Shown piece after piece: positions 8,285 through 16,715 of a DNA stretch of 19,042 nucleotides. Source of the DNA: a virus; the UHGV virus genome UHGV-1351768; one strand, written 5' to 3'. A program made the translations under genes and the position numbers. Every line of letters begins with the position of its first letter. Position 1 is the first letter of the stretch. The notes under the pieces are model-generated. The model had not been told where the DNA came from, did no database searches, and saw only the letters and a list, made by a program, of their open reading frames with translations.

Positions 8285-8446
8285 ATGACAAAACGTCGTA
8301 AGAAATACCAGGAAAAAGAAGAGATTCGACACCCTGATTCACCTGAGGGATTAGTGGTAGCCGCAGCAAATAACAGGGCGTTCGCAGAGCGCCTTGTTGG
8401 TGTTTACAGACTAGCCAAAGCAGGAGTGAAACATGGGCGTCGTTAA
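8285..8446 (+). CDS. micro-ORF, 53 aa, basic (MTKRRKKYQEKEEIRHPDSPEGLVVAAANNRAFAERLVGVYRLAKAGVKHGRR)
   Basis: SD AGGAG 6 nt before ATG at 8285. Lies between cII and the replication initiator; its 3' end overlaps the 5' extension of the O-like ORF. Below the ORF-track cut-off. Confidence 0.3.
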   Translation: MTKRRKKYQEKEEIRHPDSPEGLVVAAANNRAFAERLVGVYRLAKAGVKHGRR

Positions 8447-8495
8447 GTTAGCTGATTACAGGCATAACCCTGTACAACATCAGGAGGCATCCAGT

Positions 8496-9323
8496 ATGGG
8501 GTATGTCTCTATACACCGCCAGTTTATGGACAGCAGGCTCTATAAGGACTCTCAGGCAGTACATCTTTGGCTTCACTTAATCCTCAAGGCTAATCACGAA
8601 TCTACTGTCGTCAATACGGATATTGGGCCGATAACTGTTGATCGCGGTCAGATGATAACTGGACGCCCGTCGCTGGTCAGAGAAACATTCATCCCCGACA
8701 ACAAAGTTCGGAGCTTATTACGGACTTTTGAGTCGAAAGGGATGCTTAATATTTGCTCGATGGGGAAGAAATTTAGCCTGTTTACAATCGTTAAATATGA
8801 CGATTTTCAGGCAAAAAATTGTCCAACGGTTGTCCAACAGTTGTCCAACGCAAACACCAGTAATGGTGCGGCTCTCAGCGGAGATTGTCCAACGGTTGTC
8901 CAACGGTTGTCCATAAACAATAATATAAATAATATCTCTAATACTGACGTATTAGAGAGTGCCACAGCAGACAAAAAGTCTGACAAGAAAAAACCTTCCG
9001 TCAGCTGTCAGGATGTTGTCGATGCTTACCACGAAATCCTTCCTGAAGCGCCAAGAATCCGCGCACTGAATGACAAGCGTAAAAACCAGATCCGAACGTT
9101 CTGGCGCAAAGCCGGAGTGATAACCCGCCAGCTTGACGGGCATGGGTTCACGATGCAGGACTGGAGAAATTATTTGAGCTACGTAGGCGAAAATTGCCGA
9201 TGGATGTTCGAAGAGCGCCCAAACCATCAGCGCGGAACCGTCTGGCACAAAAAGGGATTTGATTTCCTGCTTAACGATAATACCTACCTGAAAGTTCGTG
9301 AGGGTGAACACGATGACCGATAA
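8496..9323 (+). CDS. replication initiator / replisome organiser (O-like, non-lambda type) containing the iteron origin; 275 aa (alternative start at 8433)
   Basis: ORF 8433..9323; ATG at 8496 has the strongest SD (AGGAGG, 8-nt spacer) and begins MGYVSIHRQF..., resembling the N-terminus of phage replisome-organiser proteins. Iterons are embedded in the coding sequence; the next gene is a DnaB-type helicase. Confidence 0.7.
   Translation: MGYVSIHRQFMDSRLYKDSQAVHLWLHLILKANHESTVVNTDIGPITVDRGQMITGRPSLVRETFIPDNKVRSLLRTFESKGMLNICSMGKKFSLFTIVKYDDFQAKNCPTVVQQLSNANTSNGAALSGDCPTVVQRLSINNNINNISNTDVLESATADKKSDKKKPSVSCQDVVDAYHEILPEAPRIRALNDKRKNQIRTFWRKAGVITRQLDGHGFTMQDWRNYLSYVGENCRWMFEERPNHQRGTVWHKKGFDFLLNDNTYLKVREGEHDDR
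8818..8945. repeat. origin of replication: five and a half TTGTCCAAC(N)G iterons in two blocks (8818..8850 and 8884..8914) followed by an AT-rich tract (8915..8945)
   Basis: Direct repeats ttgtccaacgg/ttgtccaacag/ttgtccaacgc, then ttgtccaacgg x2 and ttgtccata, then aacaataatataaataatatctctaatactg. This is the classic lambdoid iteron-plus-AT-rich origin architecture inside the initiator gene. Confidence 0.75.
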
Positions 9324-10749
9324 TTTTTATGCGCCGCCCCATAGCATCGAGGCAGAGCAGGCGGTGATTGGTGGATTGCTTCTGGATGATGACAGCAGTG
9401 AGCGCGTCCGGAAAGTTCTGGCGATGCTGAAGCCTGATTCATTTTACAGCCGACCACACAAAATCCTTTTCGAAGAAATAACCAGAATGCACCGGGAGCA
9501 AAAGCCAGTAGATGGGCTGACGCTTTTCGATGAACTGGAGCGCAAATCGTTAACGGCGTCTGTTGGCGGTTTTGCTTATATCGCTGAGATCGCAAAGAAC
9601 ACGCCAAGCGCAGCAAACATCGTTGCCTATGCAATGCAGGTTCGTGAAACCGCAATGGAACGCTACGCCATCAACCGCATGACTGAAGCGACGGAATTGC
9701 TCTATTCCCGCAACGGAATGACTGCAACACAGAAGTACGAAGCTATTCAGTCGATTTTCACGCAACTGACAGACCATGCAAAAACCGGATCGCGTCGCGG
9801 CCTTCGCTCATTTGGTGAGGTCATGGAAGACTGGGTTAGCGACCTTGAGAAGCGATTTGACCCGTCAGGCGAACAACGAGGAATGAGCACAGGGATCCCA
9901 TCGCTGGACAGGATGCTGTCACCGAAAGGTCTGGTGAAAGGCTCTCTGTTTGTCATTGGCGCTCGCCCTAAGATGGGGAAAACGACGCTATACAGCCAGA
10001 TGGCAATCAACTGCGCAGTGCATGAGAAAAAGCCAGCTCTGATGTTCAGCCTTGAAATGCCCGGTGACCAGATACTGGAAAAACTGGTAGGACAGAAGTC
10101 AGGTGTTAACCCGAATATTTTTTACCTTCCGGCGACAAATGACGCTGATGACGGCTATCAGGGTGATTACGATGGTGACTTCAATAGGGCGATCGAAACA
10201 GCCAATCGCTTGAGTGAAATCGACCTGCTTTACATCGACGACACGCCGGGATTATCTCTGGCTCAAATCGTCAGCGAAAGCCGTCGAATCAAGCGGGAAA
10301 AAGGATGTGTTGGCATGATTCTGGTCGATTACCTGACACTAATGACCGCTGAAAAGGCCGATCGCAACGACCTTGCATACGGCATGATCACCAAAGGACT
10401 GAAGAACCTTGCCAAAGAGCTTGATTGCGTTGTTGTGCTTCTGACACAGCTTAATCGCGCATTGGAAAGCCGAACCAATAAACGCCCATTACCAAGTGAC
10501 TCGCGCGATACAGGGCAGATTGAACAGGATTGCGATTATTGGGTGGGGATCCATCGTGAAGGCGCTTTTGATGACAGTGTTCCACCTGGTGAAACCGAAC
10601 TAATCCTTCGCCTCAATCGTCATGGCAATACCGGCACGGTGTATTGCATTCAGGCAAATGGCGCTATTTATGACACAGACCAACAGTCTGCTGAAATGCG
10701 CCGACGTGAACGCGAGGAACCGCAGTCCAAGAAGAAAGGAGGATTCTGA
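9313..10749 (+). CDS. replicative DNA helicase, DnaB family (P22 gp12-like), 478 aa
   Basis: ORF 9298..10749; ATG at 9313 preceded by GAGGGTG. Contains Walker A GARPKMGKTT, Walker B-like ILVDYLTLM and N-terminal DnaB-like region (EAEQAVIGGLLLD). Confidence 0.85.
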   Translation: MTDNFYAPPHSIEAEQAVIGGLLLDDDSSERVRKVLAMLKPDSFYSRPHKILFEEITRMHREQKPVDGLTLFDELERKSLTASVGGFAYIAEIAKNTPSAANIVAYAMQVRETAMERYAINRMTEATELLYSRNGMTATQKYEAIQSIFTQLTDHAKTGSRRGLRSFGEVMEDWVSDLEKRFDPSGEQRGMSTGIPSLDRMLSPKGLVKGSLFVIGARPKMGKTTLYSQMAINCAVHEKKPALMFSLEMPGDQILEKLVGQKSGVNPNIFYLPATNDADDGYQGDYDGDFNRAIETANRLSEIDLLYIDDTPGLSLAQIVSESRRIKREKGCVGMILVDYLTLMTAEKADRNDLAYGMITKGLKNLAKELDCVVVLLTQLNRALESRTNKRPLPSDSRDTGQIEQDCDYWVGIHREGAFDDSVPPGETELILRLNRHGNTGTVYCIQANGAIYDTDQQSAEMRRREREEPQSKKKGGF

Positions 10750-10829
10750 TGACCATCTACATCACTGAGCTTGTAACAGGCCTGCTGGTAATCGCAGGCC
10801 TTTTTATTTGGGGGAGAGGGAAGTCATGA
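10749..10829 (+). CDS. possible 26-aa hydrophobic micro-protein ([26 protein letters not shown]), in the position occupied by ren in lambda
   Basis: ATG overlaps the helicase stop (TGATG) and its stop overlaps the ninB ATG (ATGA), but a terminator-like hairpin lies inside it. It may be non-coding. Confidence 0.2.
   Translation: MTIYITELVTGLLVIAGLFIWGRGKS
10779..10809 (+). terminator. Rho-independent terminator (tR2-like) between the helicase gene and ninB
   Basis: Stem GGCCTGC (10779..10785) / GCAGGCC (10794..10800), 8-nt loop, followed by TTTTTATTT (10801..10809). Confidence 0.6.
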
Positions 10830-11266
10830 AAAAACTAACCTTTGAAATTCGATCTCCAGCACATCAGCAAAACGCTATTCACGCAGTACAGCAAATCCTT
10901 CCAGACCCAACCAAACCAATCGTAGTAACCATTCAGGAGCGCAACCGCAGCTTAGACCAGAATCGAAAGCTTTGGGCTTGCCTTGGTGACGTTTCTCGTC
11001 AGGTTGAATGGCATGGTCGCTGGCTGGATGCAGAAAGCTGGAAGTGTGTGTTTACCGCAGCCTTAAAGCAGCAGGACGTTGTTCCCAACCTTGCCGGGAA
11101 TGGCTTTGTGGTAATAGGCCAGTCAACCAGCAGGATGCGTGTAAGCGAATTTGCGGAGCTATTAGAGCTTATACAGGCATTCGGTACAGAGCGTGGCGTT
11201 AAGTGGTCAGACGAAGCGCGACTGGCTCTCGAATGGAAAGCGCGATGGGGAGACAGGGCGGCATGA
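10826..11266 (+). CDS. ninB: NinB (Orf family recombination mediator), 146 aa
   Basis: ORF 10808..11266 trimmed to ATG at 10826 (SD GGGGGAGAGGG). Sequence [55 protein letters not shown]... matches lambda NinB as I remember it. Confidence 0.9.
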   Translation: MKKLTFEIRSPAHQQNAIHAVQQILPDPTKPIVVTIQERNRSLDQNRKLWACLGDVSRQVEWHGRWLDAESWKCVFTAALKQQDVVPNLAGNGFVVIGQSTSRMRVSEFAELLELIQAFGTERGVKWSDEARLALEWKARWGDRAA

Positions 11267-11445
11267 GACGACAGCGACGAAGTTTCACCGACATCATCTG
11301 CGAAAACTGCAAATACCTTCCAACGAAGCGCTCCAGAAATAAACGCAAGCCAATCCCAAAAGAATCTGACGTAAAAACCTTCAATTACACGGCTCACCTG
11401 TGGGATATCCGGTGGCTTAGAGAACGTGCGAGGAAAACAAGGTGA
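11263..11445 (+). CDS. ninE: NinE-like protein, 60 aa
   Basis: ATG at 11263 overlaps the ninB stop (ATGA). [60 protein letters not shown] resembles the lambda nin-region 60-aa protein. Confidence 0.8.
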   Translation: MRRQRRSFTDIICENCKYLPTKRSRNKRKPIPKESDVKTFNYTAHLWDIRWLRERARKTR

Positions 11446-11612
11446 TTGACCCAAATCGAAGTTACGAACAAGAAAGCGTCGAGCGGGCTTTAACGTGCGC
11501 TAACTGCGGTCAGAAACTGCATGTGCTGGAAGTTCACGTGTGCTCCGATTGCTGCGCAGAACTGATGAGCGATCCGAATAGCTCAATGTACGAGGAAGAA
11601 GACGATGAATGA
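11442..11612 (+). CDS. ninF: NinF-like Cys-rich protein, 56 aa
   Basis: GTG at 11442 overlaps the ninE stop (GTGA), with [63 protein letters not shown] matches lambda NinF with a few substitutions (from memory). Confidence 0.75.
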   Translation: MIDPNRSYEQESVERALTCANCGQKLHVLEVHVCSDCCAELMSDPNSSMYEEEDDE

Positions 11613-12327
11613 GTTAATAAATGGCAATGCCATCAAAATGACAAGCATTGAAATCGCTGAGTTGGTGGGTAAGCGTCATGACAATGTGAAACGTACCATC
11701 GAAACGCTGGCTAAAAATGGTGTTATCCGGCTTCCTCAAATTGAGGTTTCCGAAAGAATCAATAACTTAGGGTTCAATGTTCAGTACGAGCATTACGTCT
11801 TCGAGGGCGAACAAGGTAAGCGAGACAGTATTGTCGTTGTTGCCCAGTTGTCGCCAGAGTTCACCGCTCGCCTTGTTGACCGCTGGCGAGAGCTTGAAGA
11901 AGCTGCGGTTAATATCCCCAAAACGCTACCGGAAGCGTTGCGCCTTGCTGCCGATCTTGCTGAGCAGAAAATGCAACTGGAAAACCAGCTCGCAATTGTC
12001 GCACCTAAAGTTGAGTTTGCCGATCGCGTTGGCGAGGCCAGCGGAATTTTGATTGGAAACTTTGCAAAGGTTGTTGGTATTGGTCAAAACAAACTGTTTG
12101 CGTGGATGCGTGATCACAAAATCCTTATTGCTTCAGGTTCCCGGCGCAATGTGCCAATGCAGGAATATATGGATCGCGGCTATTTCACAGTGAAAGAAAC
12201 AGCGGTCAACACAAATCACGGAATACAGATATCGTTCACCACAAAAATCACCGGGCGCGGTCAACAGTGGCTGACCAGAAAGTTGCTCGATAACGGAATG
12301 CTGAAAGTAACAGGGGAGGCTGCTTAA
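11605..12327 (+). CDS. phage antirepressor-type protein: Rha-like N-terminal domain plus KilA-C (ANT) C-terminal domain, 240 aa
   Basis: N-terminus SIEIAELVGKRHDNVKRTIETL matches the Rha/antirepressor N-domain signature. C-terminal region (PKVEFADRV...GNFAKVVGIGQNKLFAWMRDHKIL...RGYFTVKE) matches the KilA-C pattern. Start overlaps the ninF stop. Confidence 0.75.
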   Translation: MNELINGNAIKMTSIEIAELVGKRHDNVKRTIETLAKNGVIRLPQIEVSERINNLGFNVQYEHYVFEGEQGKRDSIVVVAQLSPEFTARLVDRWRELEEAAVNIPKTLPEALRLAADLAEQKMQLENQLAIVAPKVEFADRVGEASGILIGNFAKVVGIGQNKLFAWMRDHKILIASGSRRNVPMQEYMDRGYFTVKETAVNTNHGIQISFTTKITGRGQQWLTRKLLDNGMLKVTGEAA

Positions 12328-12617
12328 TGGCTAACCTACGCAAAGAAGCACGCGGCAGAGAATGCCTGGTACGTATTTACGGCGTATGCAATGGCAATCC
12401 TGAAACTACAGTTCTGGCACATTACCGGATGGCTGGAATTTGCGGAACGGGAATGAAGCCTGACGACCTGATCGGTGCATGGGCTTGTAGTGCGTGTCAC
12501 GATGAAATCGACCGACGCACCCATAATCTCGACAACAAAGACGCCAGACTTTACCACCTCGAAGGCGTGATCAGAACGCAGGCGATACTGCTGAGGGAGG
12601 GGAAGATTAAGTCATGA
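12327..12617 (+). CDS. DUF1364 / YbcO-like small Cys-His protein (putative nuclease), 96 aa
   Basis: ATG at 12327 overlaps the preceding stop (TAATG). Cys/His-rich (CLVRIYGVCNG...CSACHDEIDRR). Lies immediately upstream of rusA, as ybcO does in DLP12-type nin regions. Confidence 0.65.
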   Translation: MANLRKEARGRECLVRIYGVCNGNPETTVLAHYRMAGICGTGMKPDDLIGAWACSACHDEIDRRTHNLDNKDARLYHLEGVIRTQAILLREGKIKS

Positions 12618-12976
12618 ACGAATATCAGTTTGTGCTTCCATACCCGCCGTCGGTGAATACCTACTGGCGAAGACGGGGAAGCCAATATTACATAAGCGAT
12701 AAAGGCCAGAAATACCGAAAAGACGTTCAGCAAATCATCCGCCAACTCAAGTTAGACATTTTCACCAAATCACGACTCCGTATCAAAGTCATCGCAGACG
12801 TTCCAGACTCCCGCCGCCGCGACCTCGACAACATCCTGAAAGGTTTACTCGACTCCCTTATCCACGCCGGATTTGCGGAAGACGACGAGCAATTCGATGA
12901 CATTCGCGTAATTCGTGGTGTGAAAGTACCAGGCGGACGGCTTGGAATAAAAATCACCGAACTGGAGAACGCATGA
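12614..12976 (+). CDS. rusA: RusA Holliday-junction resolvase, 120 aa
   Basis: MNEYQFVLPYPPSVNTYWRRRG...DVPDSRRRDLDNILKGLLDSLIHAGF..DDEQFDDIRVIRG...GGRLGIKITELEN parallels E. coli RusA (..PDRRRRDLDN..K...DAL..AGF..DD.Q......V......GGRLE..ITEM); same 120-aa length. Confidence 0.88.
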   Translation: MNEYQFVLPYPPSVNTYWRRRGSQYYISDKGQKYRKDVQQIIRQLKLDIFTKSRLRIKVIADVPDSRRRDLDNILKGLLDSLIHAGFAEDDEQFDDIRVIRGVKVPGGRLGIKITELENA

Positions 12977-13161
12977 ACGCCACAATTCAAACGATACCAG
13001 AGCTTCTTATCCAGACACGAGGCAATCAGACCGAAGTGGCAAGGATGCTTTCCTGCGCAAGAGGAACAGTGCTCAAGTACAACCGAGACAGCAAAGGCGA
13101 GCGTCACGTAATAGTTAACGGCGTCCTGATGGTCAAACAGGGCAAGAGGGGAAGACGATGA
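12973..13161 (+). CDS. ninH: NinH-like protein, 62 aa
   Basis: IPELLIQTRGNQTEVARMLSCARGTVLKYNRDSKGERHVIVNGVLMV parallels lambda NinH (IPDMLVEAYGNQTEVARRLKCSRGTVRKYVDDKDGKMHAIVNDVLMV). Start overlaps the rusA stop. Confidence 0.78.
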   Translation: MNATIQTIPELLIQTRGNQTEVARMLSCARGTVLKYNRDSKGERHVIVNGVLMVKQGKRGRR

Positions 13162-13780
13162 GACTCGAAAGCGTAGCTAAATTTCATTCGCCAAAAAGCC
13201 CGATGATGAGCGACTCACCACGGGCTACGGCTTCTGACTCTCTTTCCGGTACTGATGTGATGGCTGCTATGGGGATGGCGCAATCACAAGCCGGATTCGG
13301 CATGGCTGCATTCTGTGGTAAGCACGAACTCAGCCAGAACGACAAACAAAAGGCTATCAACTATCTGATGCAATTTGCACACAAGGTATCGGGGAAATAC
13401 CGTGGTGTGGCAAAGCTCGAAGGAAATACTAAGGCAAAGGTACTGCAAGTGCTCGCAACATTCGCTTATGCGGATTATTGCCGTAGTGCCGCGACGCCGG
13501 GCGCAAGATGCAGAGATTGCCACGGTACAGGCCGTGCGGTTGATATAGCAAAAACAGAGCAGTGGGGAGAGTTGTTGAGAAAGAGTGCGGAAGATGCAAA
13601 GGCGTCGGCTATTCAAGAATGCCTGCAAGCGCCGCATATCGCGCTGTAACGATGCTAATCCCAAACCTTACCCAACCCACCTGGTCACGCACTGTTAAGC
13701 CGCTGTATGACGCTCTGGTGGTGCAATGCCACAAAGAAGAGTCAATCGCAGACAACATTTTGAATGCGGTCACACGTTAG
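13158..13780 (+). pseudogene. Q: late antiterminator Q (lambda type) with a 1-bp indel in a G-run (GGGG at 13564..13567) that splits the gene into ORFs 13158..13649 and 13562..13780
   Basis: Frame 1 encodes MRLESVAKFHSPKSP...CRDCHGTGRAVDIAKTEQWG, then nonsense. Frame +1 continues VVEKECGRCKGVGYSRMPASAAYRAVTMLIPNLTQPTWSRTVKPLYDALVVQCHKEESIADNILNAVTR. Together they reconstitute a 207-aa Q with its CxxC...CxxC zinc finger; adding one G restores ...ELWGRVVEKEC. Confidence 0.75.
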
Positions 13781-13822
13781 CAGCATGATTGCCACGGATG
13801 GCAACATATTAACGGCATGATA

Positions 13823-13851
13823 TTGACTTTTTGAATAAACTTGGGTAAATT
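13823..13851 (+). promoter_or_regulatory. late promoter pR' (-35 TTGACT 13823..13828, 17-bp spacer, -10 TAAATT 13846..13851) with adjacent Q-utilisation (qut) region
   Basis: TTGACTTTTTGAATAAACTTGGGTAAATTTGACCCAAC closely matches my memory of lambda pR'. It lies directly downstream of Q. Confidence 0.75.
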
Positions 13852-13857
13852 TGACCC

Positions 13858-14050
13858 AACGATGGGTTAATTCGCTCGTTGTGGTAGTGAGATAAAAAGA
13901 GGCGGCGCTTACTACCGATTCCGCCTAGTTGGTCACTTCGACGTATCGTCTGGAACTCCAACCATCGCAGGCTGAGAGGTCTGCAAAATGCAATCCCGAA
14001 ACAGTTCGAAGGTAATAGTTAGAGCCTGCACAACGGTTTCGGGATTTTTT
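13858..14050 (+). ncRNA. 6S-type late leader transcript (pR' start to tR'), about 193 nt
   Basis: The predicted start about 7 nt after the -10 and the terminator end at 14050 give about 193 nt, consistent with the 194-nt lambda 6S RNA. Boundaries are inferred, not measured. Confidence 0.5.
13992..14050 (+). terminator. tR' Rho-independent terminator
   Basis: 11-bp stem AATCCCGAAAC (13992..14002) / GTTTCGGGATT (14036..14046) enclosing a 33-nt loop, followed by a T-run to 14050. Confidence 0.65.
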
Positions 14051-14601
14051 ATATCTGCACAACAGGTAAGAGCATTAAAGAACTGGCAAAGAGCTTAACG
14101 GTCTGCGAAAGCATTTCTTAGTGGCACAACTGGCCGGTACAACTGAGTGCTCTTTCCGGTGTGGTGAATGCGCAGGCTGATGCGCGCAGGAGAGCTTCGG
14201 AAGAACAAGGTGCCTGTATACAAGCCGGAGATCAGCGCCGGCCACCACAGCCAAATCCACCCAGAGCAAAACCGTTGTTCATCCTTACCATTCCCTCAGT
14301 ATTTTGGACTACAACCCTCAGCCCATTTTTTAAAGCGTACTTCCACCAAGAACTAGACCTAACCAACTCATTGCTGACACTCTGTGGATACGGTTGTCTA
14401 GTGCGCTTTAAAAAGAAAACCCAGCATCAATGGCTGGGCTTCGTGATATGAGCGGCATGTATTGTTGGCGCAATCCACGCCTGATTTGCTCATGAATGCG
14501 GTCACGAACAAACCCGTTACAAATCAACCGTAACCCGGATTTGTTCAAGCGACCATATCCATAATTCCTAATTTGAACAGATCCCCTTCTGGGGGTAAGA
14601 C

Positions 14602-14925
14602 ATGAAGATGCCAGAAAAACATGACCTGTTAGCTGCCATTCTCGCGGCAAAGGAACAAGGCATCGGGGCAATCCTTGCGTTTGCAATGGCGTACCTTCGC
14701 GGCAGATATAATGGCGGTGCGTTTACAAAAACAGTAATCGACGCAACGATGTGCGCCATTATCGCCTGGTTCATTCGTGACCTTCTCGACTTCGCCGGAC
14801 TAAGTAGCAATCTCGCTTATATAACGAGCGTGTTCATCGGCTATATCGGCACTGACTCGATTGGTTCGCTTATCAAACGCTTCGCTGCTAAAAAAGCCGG
14901 AGTAGAAGATGGTGGAAATCAATAA
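14602..14925 (+). CDS. S: holin S (class I; S107/S105 dual-start motif MKMPEK), 107 aa
   Basis: Protein [107 protein letters not shown] is essentially lambda S. Confidence 0.93.
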   Translation: MKMPEKHDLLAAILAAKEQGIGAILAFAMAYLRGRYNGGAFTKTVIDATMCAIIAWFIRDLLDFAGLSSNLAYITSVFIGYIGTDSIGSLIKRFAAKKAGVEDGGNQ

Positions 14926-15385
14926 TCAACGTAAGGCATTCCTCGATATGCTGGCGTGGTCGGAGGGAACTGATAACGGACGTCAGAAAACCAGAAATCA
15001 TGGTTATGACGTCATTGTTGGCGGAGAGCTATTCACTGATTACTCCGATCACCCTCGCAAACTTGTCACGCTAAACCCCAAACTCAAATCAACAGCAGCC
15101 GGACGTTACCAGCTTCTTTCCCGTTGGTGGGATGCCTATCGTAAGCAGCTTGGCCTGAAAGACTTCTCTCCGAAAAGCCAGGACGCTGTGGCACTGCAAC
15201 AGATTAAGGAACGTGGCGCTTTACCGATGATTGATCGCGGTGATATCCGTCAGGCAATCGACCGTTGCAGCAATATCTGGGCTTCACTGCCGGGGGCTGG
15301 TTACGGTCAGTTCGAGCATAAGGTTGACAGCCTGATTGCAAAATTCAAAGAAGCTGGCGGAACGGTCAGAGAGATTGAGGTATGA
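14909..15385 (+). CDS. R: endolysin R (lytic transglycosylase), 158 aa
   Basis: [83 protein letters not shown]... matches lambda R; it overlaps the end of S as in lambda. Confidence 0.93.
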   Translation: MVEINNQRKAFLDMLAWSEGTDNGRQKTRNHGYDVIVGGELFTDYSDHPRKLVTLNPKLKSTAAGRYQLLSRWWDAYRKQLGLKDFSPKSQDAVALQQIKERGALPMIDRGDIRQAIDRCSNIWASLPGAGYGQFEHKVDSLIAKFKEAGGTVREIEV

Positions 15386-15849
15386 GCAGAGTCACCGCGA
15401 TTATCTCCGCTCTGGTTATCTGCATCATCGTCTGCCTGTCATGGGCTGTTAATCATTACCGTGATAACGCCATGACCTACAAAGAGCAGCGCGATAACAA
15501 GGCCAGTGAACTGGAGAAGGCGAACGCCACCATTACTGACATGCAGCAGCGCCAGCGTGATGCTGATGCACTCGATGCTAAATACACGAAGGAGTTAGCT
15601 GATGCGAAAGCTGAAAATGATGCTCTTCGGCGCAAGCTTGATAATGGTGGCAGGGTGCTCGTCAAAGGAAAATGCCCTGTGCCATCCTCAGACGAAACCT
15701 CCAGCGCCTCCGGCATGGGCAATGATGCCACCGTCGAACTCTCTCCAGTTGCTGGACGAAACGTTCTCGGTGTCCGGGACGGAATTATCCGCGACCAAAC
15801 AGCACTGAGAACGCTTCAGGAATACATCAGGACGCAATGCCTTCGATGA
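15382..15849 (+). CDS. Rz: spanin inner-membrane subunit Rz, 155 aa
   Basis: N-terminus [30 protein letters not shown] and coiled-coil region match lambda Rz; C-terminal half is diverged. Start overlaps the R stop. Confidence 0.82.
   Translation: MSRVTAIISALVICIIVCLSWAVNHYRDNAMTYKEQRDNKASELEKANATITDMQQRQRDADALDAKYTKELADAKAENDALRRKLDNGGRVLVKGKCPVPSSDETSSASGMGNDATVELSPVAGRNVLGVRDGIIRDQTALRTLQEYIRTQCLR
15602..15808 (+). CDS. Rz1: spanin outer-membrane lipoprotein subunit Rz1 (embedded in the +1 frame of Rz), 68 aa
   Basis: [19 protein letters not shown] (lipobox VAGC) followed by the Pro-rich PPAPPAW; SD AAGGAG before ATG at 15602. Same embedded arrangement as lambda Rz1. Confidence 0.72.
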   Translation: MRKLKMMLFGASLIMVAGCSSKENALCHPQTKPPAPPAWAMMPPSNSLQLLDETFSVSGTELSATKQH

Positions 15850-16022
15850 TAGCGATAATTCTACTCATCATCCTTCACATCTGGCTCTGTAGACAGGGTG
15901 ATGATCACTTCTGGAGTGAATCCAGATTAAACATCTCATTGCTGATGCTTGATATTGAGCATCTGGCGCGCGGTAAGGGGCTGCGTTGAGATAAGAGCCA
16001 GTCATCACAAACACCAGGATTT

Positions 16023-16047
16023 AGCCCCGCATTCGCGGGGCTTTTTA
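16023..16047 (+). terminator. Rho-independent terminator downstream of the lysis cassette
   Basis: Stem AGCCCCGC (16023..16030) / GCGGGGCT (16035..16042), 4-nt loop ATTC, followed by TTTTT. Confidence 0.65.
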
Positions 16048-16190
16048 TATCTGAATTTCACAGCGCATCTCACGCGCATATTAACGAGAGCCTTTCAGTA
16101 AGCGAGCCTGAGAAATGCCGTTATAGGTGGCGACCTCTCTCGGGCGGCTTTTCTGTGAGACAGGCTCACTTTCTAAAAGGTAAAGACGCT

Positions 16191-16715
16191 ATGAATAATC
16201 ATTCAGTTATTCCAGCCTTCGACTTCCGAGAAATGGTGCAAGCCAAAAACGGAGAGGTCGTTACCACATCCAGAAAAATTGCCAAGTACTTCGGCAAGCG
16301 ACACGGTGATGTTCTCAGGAAAATCGAGCAGGTTAAGGCTGATTGCTCGCGTGAGTTTAGCCAACGCAATTTTGCGTCGGCTGATTATATCGATGAGCAG
16401 GGCAAGGTTCGCCCGATGTACAGCCTGACGAAAGATGGCTGGATCATGGTTGTGATGGGGTTCACCGGGAAAGCTGCTGCGGCAATCAAGGAGAGCTATA
16501 TCGCAGCATTCAACTGGATGGCAGAGCAACTGAGCCGCCGCATGGCAATTGGCGAAGAAATGCAGCACCGCTACGCCATCAAAGAAACACGCTCAAAGCT
16601 GAAAGGTACGATCGGCAGTCGGTTAATGAACGAACGGAAGAAAGAGAAGCGTGTCCTGGCTGTCGAGCATGAATACATCTTGCAGGTGACGCAGCCCGAA
16701 TTGCTGATTAATTGA
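16191..16715 (+). CDS. rha: Rha-family phage regulatory protein, 174 aa
   Basis: ORF 16155..16715 trimmed to ATG at 16191. Motifs TTSRKIAKYFGKRHGDVLRKIEQ...SREFSQRNF...YIDEQGKVRPMYSLTKDGWIMVVMGFTGKAAAAIKESYIAAFNWM match my memory of the Rha family signature. Confidence 0.68.
   Translation: MNNHSVIPAFDFREMVQAKNGEVVTTSRKIAKYFGKRHGDVLRKIEQVKADCSREFSQRNFASADYIDEQGKVRPMYSLTKDGWIMVVMGFTGKAAAAIKESYIAAFNWMAEQLSRRMAIGEEMQHRYAIKETRSKLKGTIGSRLMNERKKEKRVLAVEHEYILQVTQPELLIN

Noticed and set aside
8818-8914. Tandem short direct repeats (TTGTCCAACNG) that could superficially be taken for a CRISPR array
   Set aside because: Repeats are 11 bp and directly adjacent or separated by a single 33-bp gap, sit inside the replication initiator gene, and are followed by an AT-rich tract; this is a lambdoid iteron origin, not a repeat-spacer array.
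13781-14601. Shiga toxin or tRNA cargo between Q and the lysis genes
   Set aside because: No ORF with a credible start or signal peptide, and no cloverleaf-like sequence recognised by eye; the region reads as a lambda-like non-coding spacer.
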